From: an uncultured Planctomycetaceae bacterium
GTDB lineage: Bacteria; Planctomycetota; Planctomycetia; Planctomycetales; Planctomycetaceae
Assembly (NCBI GenBank): GCA_963815195.1
Contig: CAWFGE010000020.1
Span: 320,001-384,000, forward strand
Length of the DNA: 64,000 nucleotides
Direction of reading: 5' to 3'
This document shows, piece by piece, positions 10,437 to 19,379 of this stretch; the first letter of the stretch is position 1; each line of letters starts with the position of its first letter. Under the pieces are notes generated by a model. It worked only from the letters and a program-made list of their open reading frames with translations, did no database searches and was not told the DNA's origin. The translations under genes and the position numbers were made by a program.

Positions 10437-11783
10437 TCACCATTCGATCCGCTCGAACAATCGCATCAACTTGGCTCCGCGACTGGGGTTGATCGCGGCT
10501 TGATAGGCGATCAATCCTTGCAAATGGGCTTGAAAGTGCGCGCGGCCGGAGCGGTTTTGTCTCTTGGGGCCGTGCCGAATGCAGTTGAACAGAATCGCCC
10601 GCAGGCGGTCGTAATCATCCCGGCGGAGGTTGGGCCGCTGATTGAGCACGAGGCCACAGGCTTCCTGCCGAGCGGCTTGGCTCATCACGCGGGTCTTTCG
10701 GTGGCGGATTTCAAACCCTTCATTGAGCACGATGGCGCAAACCGAAATGCGAAAGCGTCCCAGGCTCCGCCGAAAATCGCGGCCGCCGGAAAACACCAGA
10801 TCGTCGGCATATCGCGTGTAGTTCGCGCCGGCTTTGCGGGCCAATCCGCTGAGCCGGCAGTCCAAACGGTAAGCCGCGAGGTTGGCGAGCGTGGGCGAGG
10901 TCGGTGCTCCCTGAGGCAAGTGTGGATTGCCGTATTGTTCCGCCAACCGGCGGTACGGATCGAGATCCAGTGAGTCGTTCAGTTCCTCAACGATTTCGGA
11001 AGGGACCGAGTTCGTGCAAAGTCCGGTCAACAACTCGGCGACCGCTTCGGGATAACCGGTCCAGCGAAACAGCGAGCGAACGCGGGCCCTGTGAATCGAA
11101 GGAAAGAAATGCCGCAGGTCCAAATGCAGCACAACCTGCTGCCCGGCGTGCGGCTCGACATAAGTCAAAACCGAACGGCCGCTGCGAAACGCGTGCGCTG
11201 CTTCGTGGGCGGGGATGCGGCCGACGATTTCTTTGAGGATGCGGCGCTGGATGTTTTTTAAGAGCGGCTTGGGTTCTTCGATCAAGCGGTATCCGGGGCC
11301 GCGTTTGGGCAGCCAGCGGTAACGGTAATGCCTGAGTTTTTCATTTGGCCGAAAGCGCTCGCGCCCGAAGCAATCCGCCAGCCAATCCAGGCGGGAAGGA
11401 CTGACCGACAACCAATCCGCCAAATCGCCGGGCGTGACCAACTCCGGCAGGTTCCAACCGGCGGGAAGACCTCGGCCGGGAATCATCTGCGGCCGAGGAA
11501 CGGCCAAGGTATCGATTTCGAGCCCATCGTTGAGTTCGAGTTCGCAAATTTTCTCCCACAAGATTGGATCGTGATTCAGGAAATCCACAAGCAGTCGCTG
11601 GGGGGGCGGCAAGGCATTGGCATCAAAGCGAGCCAGGATTCTTCGCGCGAAGGGTGCGATCCACCGGGCCCTGGGATCGGGCTGCAATGCTTTCTTGAGC
11701 CGATCGATCAACGCGTCGATCGTCCACGGACCGGACAAAATCACGATTGCCAGCCGGCGACTGAAAACCTTGCGATGCGTCAT
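10437..11783 (-). CDS. Retron-type RNA-directed DNA polymerase (448 aa) with ~110-aa N-terminal extension
   Basis: RT motifs RLIEEPKPLLKNIQRRIL, AHAF, LDLRHFFPSI, LPQGAPTSPTLAN, YTRYADDLVFS, KTRVM...QEACGLVLN; no maturase/endonuclease domain. Confidence 0.92.
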   Translation of the reverse strand: MTHRKVFSRRLAIVILSGPWTIDALIDRLKKALQPDPRARWIAPFARRILARFDANALPPPQRLLVDFLNHDPILWEKICELELNDGLEIDTLAVPRPQMIPGRGLPAGWNLPELVTPGDLADWLSVSPSRLDWLADCFGRERFRPNEKLRHYRYRWLPKRGPGYRLIEEPKPLLKNIQRRILKEIVGRIPAHEAAHAFRSGRSVLTYVEPHAGQQVVLHLDLRHFFPSIHRARVRSLFRWTGYPEAVAELLTGLCTNSVPSEIVEELNDSLDLDPYRRLAEQYGNPHLPQGAPTSPTLANLAAYRLDCRLSGLARKAGANYTRYADDLVFSGGRDFRRSLGRFRISVCAIVLNEGFEIRHRKTRVMSQAARQEACGLVLNQRPNLRRDDYDRLRAILFNCIRHGPKRQNRSGRAHFQAHLQGLIAYQAAINPSRGAKLMRLFERIEW

Positions 11784-11804
11784 TGGGGAATTGGCGAAAA
11801 AAAA

Positions 11805-11969
11805 CGGGCGGCACGTCCCACCTGGTCTGGTCACGCGTGAATTATGCTCCACAACGTGGAGGGGCATTCACGCCACGGAACGGTTCGGTTGGAAACAATC
11901 CCCGGGGTTGCCCCGGAGAGGAAAACTTCACCCGCAGGCAAAATCTTCCCACTTGAGACGTGCCGCCCG
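11805..11969 (-). ncRNA. Predicted retron msr-msd non-coding RNA
   Basis: Terminal inverted repeat 11805-11817 / 11957-11969 (13 bp perfect, 16 bp with G-U), unpaired AG after the 5' arm (G at 11952), stem-loops 11920-11949 and 11900-11918, long hairpin 11835-11873; lies directly 5' of the RT on the same strand. Confidence 0.8.
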
Positions 11970-11975
11970 GTTTTG

Positions 11976-12004
11976 AATCTACGTCCACGATCGCAGCTTG
12001 TCAA
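11976..12004 (-). promoter_or_regulatory. Sigma70-type promoter for the retron ncRNA/RT
   Basis: Minus strand TTGACA (12004-11999), 17-nt spacer, TAGATT (11981-11976); predicted start ~11970 coincides with the 5' arm of the ncRNA. Confidence 0.75.
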
Positions 12005-12286
12005 TTTGCGCGATCGAAAGGTCGATTTGAGTCCTCACGGCCGGCGGGCACGCAAAAAGGCTGACTCTGTGGATTGTGCCACCAAGAAGGATTCTTTGGG
12101 CCAAAGGCCAAATCGCTTTCAGAAAACTCCGCCCCGGCCATGATGGACGCCGAGAATAAGTTATCGTACATTCCATTGCGGGTGAATCGGCGCTCGGCAT
12201 CCGTCCGAAAAGAAAGAAGAGCGGACCGCCGCCGGGCGATTTCCACCCCTCGAAGTCAAACGACACAACTCCCTGAACAGGCCAAT

Positions 12287-14473
12287 ATGCCTCCGGTTCA
12301 TCTTGCGATACTTTGGCATCAGCATCAGCCCTATTATCCCGACGATGTGAGCGGGGAAACCTTGATGCCCTGGGTTCGCCTGCACGGGACCAAAGACTAC
12401 TTCGGCATGGCCCGGCACCTTTTGGAAGTCCCGGAGTTCCGCTGCACGATCAACCTCGTGCCCAGCCTGCTCGTGCAGATTTTGAGATACACCGAACAGG
12501 GCGGCAGCGATCGGCATTTGGATTTGTCCCGCTTGCCCGCCGACAGCTTCACCGCTTCCGACCGGCGGGAACTGTTGTCGGCCGGTTTTATGGCCAACCC
12601 GGAAAGCATGATCCGACCGTATCCGCGGTATCAGGAACTTCTGCTCAAGCGCGGCGTCGATCCCGTGGAAAAAGCCGCCGCCCGCTTTTCCGAAGCGGAC
12701 CTCCGCGATCTTCAGTGCTGGAGCAATCTCACCTGGATTCATGAACTCGCTTTTGAAGACGATCCCGAACTCCGCGAGTTCCGCAAGAAAGGCAAAGGCT
12801 ACAGCGAAAGCGAAAAAGCCTGGCTTCTCGATCGGCAGATGGCGATTCTCCGGCAGGTGATTCCGCTCCACAAGAAGCTCGCGGAATCGGGGCAGGTGGA
12901 ACTCACGACCACGCCGTTTTATCATCCTATCCTGCCGCTCTTGTGGGACAAGACCTCGGCCCGGCAGGCCATGCCCGATTGCCCGCTGCCCCGGTACGTG
13001 GACCGCTACCCGGAAGATGCCCGCCGGCATCTGGGGCGGGGCGCGGCGTTTCACGAAAAGATTTTTGGGAAGCCGCCGCGGGGCCTGTGGCCTTCGGAAG
13101 GTTCAGTCTCACAGGACATCTTGGAGGCCATCACCGAAGTCGGCATCGAATGGATCGCCACCGATGAGGAAATCCTCGCCCACTCCACGGGCGGCCGGGT
13201 CGCGCGGGACGGGCAAGGCCACGCAACGCATCCCGAACTCTTGTATCGGCCCTGGAATGTCGAAGCCGGCACGAAGCCGTTGCAGATCGTGTTTCGCGAT
13301 CACGGTCTGAGCGATTTGATCGGCTTTCATTACCAGCGGAGCGAACCCCATCATGCGGTGCAGGACCTCATCGGCCGCGTGCTCGCCATCGGGCGGGCGG
13401 TCAGCGCCGAAGGCAGCCACCGGCCCGCCTTGGTGCCGATCATTCTGGACGGCGAGAACTGCTGGGAATACTACCCGGACGGCGGCGTGGATTTTCTCCG
13501 TCGGCTTTACCGCGACGCGGTCCGCAACGAACGCCTCCGCCCCGTGACGATCAGCGAGAGCCTCAAGGAGTTTCCCGCGACCGACACGATCGGCCGATTG
13601 TTCGCGGGCAGCTGGATTTCGCACAACTTCGCGATCTGGATCGGCCATCACGAAGACAACACCGCCTGGGATCTCCTGCACATGACCCGCGAGTTTTTGA
13701 AGGAAACCGCCGCCGCGGGCACGGCCGAGCCCGAGGCTTTGGAGAAAGCCCAGAACGAACTCGACATTGCCGAAGGCAGCGATTGGTTCTGGTGGTTCGG
13801 AGACGATCATTCGTCGGCCCAGGATGCGCTGTTCGATGAACTGTTTCGCCGGCATTTGAGCAACGTCTATCGGCTCTTGGGCAGCAATCCGCCCAACGCC
13901 CTTCGCCGGCCGATCACGCGGGCCGATCATCGGTTGCTCCACACGCAGCCAACGGGTTTGTTGCGGGTGAAGGTCACCGGGCGGGCCACGTATTTTGAAT
14001 GGATCAGCGCGGGGAAATACACGAGCGGCAGCGAGCGCGGCACGATGACGCTCGTCACCGAAGGATTGATCAAAGGGCTGCACTTCGGCTTCGACCCGGA
14101 GCGGCTGTTGATCCGGGCCGACACCAACGGCCGCGCGAAAGACGCGTTTCGCTCGGTGGACGAAGTGCGGGTGCGGTTCCAAGAGCCGGCCCAAACGGAG
14201 ATTCGCATCACCGGAGCGAACACCCGCCAGCCGGCCGCCGCACTGTTTCGCCAGCAGAAAGAAGTCAACAAAGCCAAGGTGGAAGCCGCGATCGACACGC
14301 TAGTCGAGATCGGCGTGTCGCGGGCCGATTTGAACGTCGACGTGGGGGACCGGGTTTCGTTCTTCGTGGATTGCCTGAGCAAAAACCGCAGCCTCGACCG
14401 GGCTCCCCAGGAAGGTTTGATCGAACTCACGGTCCCCTCGCCGGATTTTGAGTTGTTCATGTGGCAGGTGTGA
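12287..14473 (+). CDS. Glycoside hydrolase family 57 (amylopullulanase-like)
   Basis: [59 protein letters not shown]. Confidence 0.92.
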   Translation: MPPVHLAILWHQHQPYYPDDVSGETLMPWVRLHGTKDYFGMARHLLEVPEFRCTINLVPSLLVQILRYTEQGGSDRHLDLSRLPADSFTASDRRELLSAGFMANPESMIRPYPRYQELLLKRGVDPVEKAAARFSEADLRDLQCWSNLTWIHELAFEDDPELREFRKKGKGYSESEKAWLLDRQMAILRQVIPLHKKLAESGQVELTTTPFYHPILPLLWDKTSARQAMPDCPLPRYVDRYPEDARRHLGRGAAFHEKIFGKPPRGLWPSEGSVSQDILEAITEVGIEWIATDEEILAHSTGGRVARDGQGHATHPELLYRPWNVEAGTKPLQIVFRDHGLSDLIGFHYQRSEPHHAVQDLIGRVLAIGRAVSAEGSHRPALVPIILDGENCWEYYPDGGVDFLRRLYRDAVRNERLRPVTISESLKEFPATDTIGRLFAGSWISHNFAIWIGHHEDNTAWDLLHMTREFLKETAAAGTAEPEALEKAQNELDIAEGSDWFWWFGDDHSSAQDALFDELFRRHLSNVYRLLGSNPPNALRRPITRADHRLLHTQPTGLLRVKVTGRATYFEWISAGKYTSGSERGTMTLVTEGLIKGLHFGFDPERLLIRADTNGRAKDAFRSVDEVRVRFQEPAQTEIRITGANTRQPAAALFRQQKEVNKAKVEAAIDTLVEIGVSRADLNVDVGDRVSFFVDCLSKNRSLDRAPQEGLIELTVPSPDFELFMWQV

Positions 14474-14654
14474 GCGGAGGAATATATTAGCCGGCACGCG
14501 CTCGCGTCCGGTCCAGCGAACGTCAGAGAAAATGGCAGAAACCGGCGGCGAGCTAGCGCCCTGCGGGGAATTTTTGGGAAAGCCACCAAAACTCAGCCGG
14601 TGAGCGGAGAGCCAAGAGCCGGAAGCAAACAGAAGCAAGAGACGAAGAATAGGT

Positions 14655-14867
14655 TTTTACCGCGAAGCGGTTATATGCCAAAGCCCAGGGTCGCGCAGCG
14701 CACCCTGGGTTGGTGATGTTTCATCAGTTCAATACGCCGAAGGCGTTGCACAATCGGTTTGTATAACGCCTTCGGCATAAGGCAATGTATTGTGCATCCA
14801 TACCCAGGGTGGCGCGGCTGCGCCGCTGACCCTGGGCTTTGAAATGTAACGCCTTCGGCGTAAAGAC
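14655..14867. repeat. Multi-palindrome REP-like/MITE-like element, copy 1
   Basis: Units ACGCCGAAGGCGT and CCCAGGGT...ACCCTGGG arranged as nested inverted repeats; related to 23529-23739 in opposite orientation. Confidence 0.8.
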
Positions 14868-14915
14868 AGAAATACGCTTGACCGGGACGTACATTAAGAC
14901 ATGGCAAATTCACGC

Positions 14916-15917
14916 ATGCCGGATTTACGCAAAGATCCCATTGTGGGCCGATGGGTGATTATCGCGCCCGACCGGGCCAAACGCCCGGAGGACTTCAGCC
15001 AGCAGTTCCGCGAGACCGCCGGCCGCTACGACCCGTTCGCCGAAGGCCACGAAGAGGCGACGCCCCCCGAAATCCTGGCGTACCGCACCCACGGCTCGGA
15101 ACCCAACGGACCCGGCTGGCGGGTCCGCGTCGTGCCCAACAAATTCCCCGCCCTCCAGGTCGAAGGCGAACTGCACAAGCGCGGCGACGGGATTTATGAC
15201 ATGATGAACGGCATCGGGGCGCACGAAGTCATCATCGAATGCCCCCAGACCGAAACCAGTATGGCCCGGTTGTCCGTCGAGAATATCCGCGAAGTGTTTT
15301 GGGCCTACCGCGATCGGCTGGTGGACTTGAAACGCGACCACCGCCTGTTGCACGGGCTGATCTTCAAGAACAAAGGAGCCGCGGCGGGGGCGTCGCTCGC
15401 GCACAGCCATTCCCAGTTGATCGTCACCTCGGTGGTGCCGATCTCGATTCGCGAAGAGATGACGGGCGCGCTCGACTTCTACAACTACCGCGGCCGGTGC
15501 ATTTACGACGACATGATCCACCAGGAACTGCGGACGGCGAAGCGGGTGGTTTTGGAGACGGAGCAGTTCGTCGCCCTGTGCCCGTTCGCCAGCCGGGTGC
15601 CGTTCGAGATGTGGATCCTGCCCAAGCAGCATTCGAGCCATTACGAGAACATCGGCAAACAAAGCCTGGAGGAATTGGGCGGCGTGATGAAAACCGTGCT
15701 CACCAAGTTGGAACTGGCCCTTGATGATCCGCCGTACAACTATATGATTCACACGGCCCCGTTTGATGTCGCCGAGTTGCCGCACTACCATTGGCATATC
15801 GAAATCCTGCCCCGCCTGACCCGCGTGGCGGGGTTCGAATGGGGCAGCGGGTTTTACATCAACCCCGTCACCCCGGAAGACGCCGCCGACTTCCTCCGCG
15901 GCATGGAAGCGGAGTAA
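14916..15917 (+). CDS. galT: Galactose-1-phosphate uridylyltransferase family (GalT / ADP-glucose phosphorylase-like)
   Basis: [68 protein letters not shown]. Confidence 0.9.
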   Translation: MPDLRKDPIVGRWVIIAPDRAKRPEDFSQQFRETAGRYDPFAEGHEEATPPEILAYRTHGSEPNGPGWRVRVVPNKFPALQVEGELHKRGDGIYDMMNGIGAHEVIIECPQTETSMARLSVENIREVFWAYRDRLVDLKRDHRLLHGLIFKNKGAAAGASLAHSHSQLIVTSVVPISIREEMTGALDFYNYRGRCIYDDMIHQELRTAKRVVLETEQFVALCPFASRVPFEMWILPKQHSSHYENIGKQSLEELGGVMKTVLTKLELALDDPPYNYMIHTAPFDVAELPHYHWHIEILPRLTRVAGFEWGSGFYINPVTPEDAADFLRGMEAE

Positions 15918-15925
15918 ACGAGGCA

Positions 15926-16042
15926 ACCACGAAGGCACGAAGGACAAGGGCCGAAACCCCGAAGGAATTGAAAGATAAAATTCTGCGTCAATTGCGCGCA
16001 TTTTCATGGGGCTTTCTCAGTCTATGTTCGTGCCTTCGTGGT
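15926..16042. repeat. Short intergenic inverted-repeat pair
   Basis: ACCACGAAGGCACGAA (15926-15941) / TTCGTGCCTTCGTGGT (16027-16042), 16 bp perfect, 85 bp apart. Confidence 0.6.
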
Positions 16043-16259
16043 AAAATCTCTTCGGGGAATTCGTGTTCCCGGGACGGAACTTTAGGCGGTTTTTGAAGAT
16101 TGCGGGAAATTTGCGGATCAAATCATTCAGGCGGAAGGCGGTTGGGTTTGGATTTTGACAATTTCTGCCCGCGTTGGGAAAACTCCTGAGCGCTGCTTTC
16201 GCCATGCACCGAAAAAACACTGAGCCTTTATTTCATTCCGGAAGGAAAGGACGCTTTCC

Positions 16260-18452
16260 ATGAGCCAGATCCGTTTGGTTCTCGCCATTCACAATCACCA
16301 GCCCATCGGGAATTTCGAAAGCGTTTGCGAGCAATCCTTCCGCGACAGTTACGGGCCGTTTCTGGACGTGCTCGAAGACTATCCGGAGCTGCCGATTTCG
16401 CTGCACACGTCGGGGAGCCTGTTGGAATGGCTCGCGGTGGCGCATCCGGAATATATCGACCGGGTGCGGATGTTCGTCGAGCGCGGGCAGGTGGAGATTC
16501 TGGGCGGGCCGTTTTACGAGCCGATCTTGTCTTCGATTCCCCGCCGAGACCGCGTGGGGCAGATCGTGGCCTATTCCCGCTATTTGAAGCAAATGTTCGG
16601 AGCGGACGTTCGCGGGATGTGGGTGCCGGAACGCGTTTGGGAGCAGGCGTTTGCCTCCGACATCGCCCGCGCGGGCATCGAATACACAATTCTGGACGAC
16701 TACCACTTCCGCGGTGCGGGTCTCTCGTCCGATCAGCTTTGGAGCTATTACCTGACCGAAGATGAAGGCCGGCTTTTAAAGGTCTTCCCCGGCAGCGAAC
16801 GGCTGCGATATACGATCCCCTTCGAGGACCCGCAGGCGACGATCGACTACCTCCGCGAACTCGCGTACAAACACCCCAACTCGGTGTGCACGTTCGGCGA
16901 TGATGGCGAGAAATTCGGCACGTGGCCCAACACGAAAAAACACGTTTACGAAGATGGCTGGCTGCGGCGGTTTTTTGATGCTCTCCGGGCCAACGGGGAT
17001 TGGCTGAAAGTCGCCACGCTTTCGGAAGCCGTCGATCAAGTCGCTCCCGCGGGCGAGATTTATATTCCCGATTGCAGCTACCGCGAAATGAACGAATGGG
17101 CTTTGCCCACGGGCCGGCAGATCGAACTCAAATCGCTGCAAATCAAGAAGAAAGACGATCCCGATTGGACCGCGATCCGCAGTTTCATCCACGGCGGCTA
17201 CTGGCGGAATTTCCGCGTGAAATATCCGGAAGCCCACGAAATGTACGCCCGGATGCTGGGCATTAGCGAACGGCTGGAGTCGCTGACCAAAAACGGTTCC
17301 ATAACCAATGACGAAGCCGAGCCGCTCAACCAGGCCCGGACGGAACTCTACCGCGCCCAGTGCAATTGTTCGTACTGGCACGGAGCCTTTGGCGGGTTGT
17401 ATTTGCCGCACTTGCGAAACGCCGTGTATCGGCATTTGATCGCCGCCGACACGCTGCTCGAACAAGCGACCGGGCGGAGCGGATCCTGGCTGGAAATCAC
17501 CGCCGACGATTTCGACCGCGATGCCCGCAAGGAAGTCCGGCTGGCGAGCGACCGGTTCGCGGCGTGGCTGGCTCCCGCGCGGGGCGGACATCTCTACGAA
17601 CTCGATGTGCGATCCGCCCGGCACAATCTGCTCGCGACATTAAACCGCCGGCCCGAGCCTTATCATGAAGTCGTCCTCAAAGCCGGCCAGCAAAGGGACA
17701 ACGGCGAGCACCATGGGGATGGCGTCGCGAGCATTCACGACATGGTCCACTTCAAACAGCCCGACCTCGATAAGAAAATCGCCTACGACAACTGGCCGCG
17801 GAAGAGTCTGATCGATCACTTCCTGCAGCCGGGGTTGAGCCTCGAAGAGTTTCTGCAAAACCGCGGCGACGTTGGCGATTTTGTCCACGGAGTCTATGAA
17901 GCCACGCTCCGCCGCTCCGACAACCGGGTGGAAGCGGTGTTGGCCCGGCAAGGGAATGTGGGACCGTATTCGGTCAAGCTTTCCAAAACCGTGGCCTTGG
18001 GTGCCGAGAACCCCGGCCGCTTGGAAGTCGTGTATCGCCTTGAAAACCTGCCGCTGGATGTGCCGATCCACTTTGCGGTCGAGTTCAACTTCGCCGGCCT
18101 GCCCGCGGGCGCTCCGGATCGATATTATTACGATGCGAACCGCCAGCAACTCGGCCAGTTGGAGACGATTCAGTCTCTGCCCGAATCGCAAACGATCGGT
18201 TTGATGGATGAATGGCTCGGCATCGATGCGTCGCTCGATCTTTCACAGCCGGCGGAGATCTGGACGTTTCCGATCCAGACCATCAGCCAATCCGAAGGCG
18301 GGTTCGAGTTGGTGCATCAAAGCTCGGCGGTGGTTCCACATTGGCAGTTCACGGCCGACCCGTCCGGCCGCTGGGGCGTGCGGATTTCGCTGAATGTCGA
18401 CACCTCCAAAGCCCAGATTCGCCAACTCCACGAAGCCGCCGTGATGAGCTGA
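16260..18452 (+). CDS. GH57 alpha-amylase / 4-alpha-glucanotransferase (DUF1925/DUF1926-type)
   Basis: HNHQPIGNF, GGPFYEPIL, GMWVPERVWE, DDGEKFGTWP, QCNCSYWHGAFGGLYLPHLR, SQSEGGFE. Confidence 0.92.
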   Translation: MSQIRLVLAIHNHQPIGNFESVCEQSFRDSYGPFLDVLEDYPELPISLHTSGSLLEWLAVAHPEYIDRVRMFVERGQVEILGGPFYEPILSSIPRRDRVGQIVAYSRYLKQMFGADVRGMWVPERVWEQAFASDIARAGIEYTILDDYHFRGAGLSSDQLWSYYLTEDEGRLLKVFPGSERLRYTIPFEDPQATIDYLRELAYKHPNSVCTFGDDGEKFGTWPNTKKHVYEDGWLRRFFDALRANGDWLKVATLSEAVDQVAPAGEIYIPDCSYREMNEWALPTGRQIELKSLQIKKKDDPDWTAIRSFIHGGYWRNFRVKYPEAHEMYARMLGISERLESLTKNGSITNDEAEPLNQARTELYRAQCNCSYWHGAFGGLYLPHLRNAVYRHLIAADTLLEQATGRSGSWLEITADDFDRDARKEVRLASDRFAAWLAPARGGHLYELDVRSARHNLLATLNRRPEPYHEVVLKAGQQRDNGEHHGDGVASIHDMVHFKQPDLDKKIAYDNWPRKSLIDHFLQPGLSLEEFLQNRGDVGDFVHGVYEATLRRSDNRVEAVLARQGNVGPYSVKLSKTVALGAENPGRLEVVYRLENLPLDVPIHFAVEFNFAGLPAGAPDRYYYDANRQQLGQLETIQSLPESQTIGLMDEWLGIDASLDLSQPAEIWTFPIQTISQSEGGFELVHQSSAVVPHWQFTADPSGRWGVRISLNVDTSKAQIRQLHEAAVMS

Positions 18453-18537
18453 CGCGAGTCTTCCGCATCGGCGGCTTCCCAGCCCTCGCACGCTTTTGGA
18501 TCGTCAGACCGATCGAATCGGCGAACTCTCGCGAGGG

Positions 18538-19092
18538 TTACGGGCTGAAGGCTTTGTGGAGCCGTTCGAGGATGTCTTCTTCGAGCACGAAGTCCCGGCC
18601 TTGGGAAATCCAGCCCGGAGGCGTGATCTGGCCCGCAATCAGGTTCAGATCGCGCTCGAGCGGCGTGATGTCCTGGAACGTCGCGCCGCCGGGGGTGCCG
18701 CCCGACAGATCTTCCAGTTCCTTGTAGGCTTCGACGTTGATGAAGTAGCCGCCCTCCGCCGGCGTGATGTTCACAACGACCCGGCGGCGGATGGATTGCA
18801 GCGTGCTTTCCAGCCGTTGGTACGCCCCCACCGATTCCTTATGCCAAGGCTCCAATAGCCCCGAACCGGTTTTGTAGTCCGTTTCGATCACCCCGTCCAA
18901 ACGGTCTTCACGGCGGATGAAGAACGGATATTTGTGGAGCACATCGACCGTCCGCTCCCACACCGCGTTTTGGTTGTTCGACGCCACGAACAACGGTTGC
19001 CCGATCGGTCCCGGGGTGGCCTTGCGCAAATTGTGGCAGCCCCCGCACGCGAGCAGGCAGAATAAGATCAAGAGCAATCGGGAATGTCGCAT
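18538..19092 (-). CDS. Hypothetical lipoprotein
   Basis: MRHSRLLLILFCLLACGGC lipobox-like N-terminus; coherent 184-aa ORF. Confidence 0.7.
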   Translation of the reverse strand: MRHSRLLLILFCLLACGGCHNLRKATPGPIGQPLFVASNNQNAVWERTVDVLHKYPFFIRREDRLDGVIETDYKTGSGLLEPWHKESVGAYQRLESTLQSIRRRVVVNITPAEGGYFINVEAYKELEDLSGGTPGGATFQDITPLERDLNLIAGQITPPGWISQGRDFVLEEDILERLHKAFSP

Positions 19093-19379
19093 ACGTTCCC
19101 AACATTCGGCGGCGAGAGATCGGTGCAGACGGGCGTCGATCGGAAGAAGGGCAATTGAATTTCGAGGGAAAGTCGCGTAGTGTGCCAGCAACCGCCAAAG
19201 CCTGCAAGACCAGTTTTTTTCGGACCGAAAACCGGTCGGGCCGGGTAAGTCGTTTCACGAAAAATCGTGAGAGCCGCGGGTTCGTTGACACTTCCCGGCG
19301 GGGCGTTATCGTGGAATGAAGTCTCGCCCGCGTGCCGGCCCGAATTCCGGCTTTCGATTTCCCAGGAGAGCAAAAACCG

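Noticed and set aside
10437..11783. RT as a group II intron, DGR or CRISPR-associated RT
   Set aside because: No maturase/endonuclease domain, and only 15 nt separate its stop from the cysC stop, leaving no room for intron domains V/VI. I saw no TR/VR repeat pair, avd gene or cas1. The upstream structure fits a retron.
11784..11867. Longer RT start at 11867 given by the ORF track
   Set aside because: That ATG lies inside the predicted msd hairpin and the added residues cross the 3' arm and U-tract; ATG 11783 is more plausible.
11979..12266. Short minus-strand ORFs upstream of the retron promoter as a retron effector
   Set aside because: They lie upstream of or across the promoter, show no recognisable motif or TM segment, and overlap the divergent GH57 leader. 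They cannot be fully excluded without a homology search.
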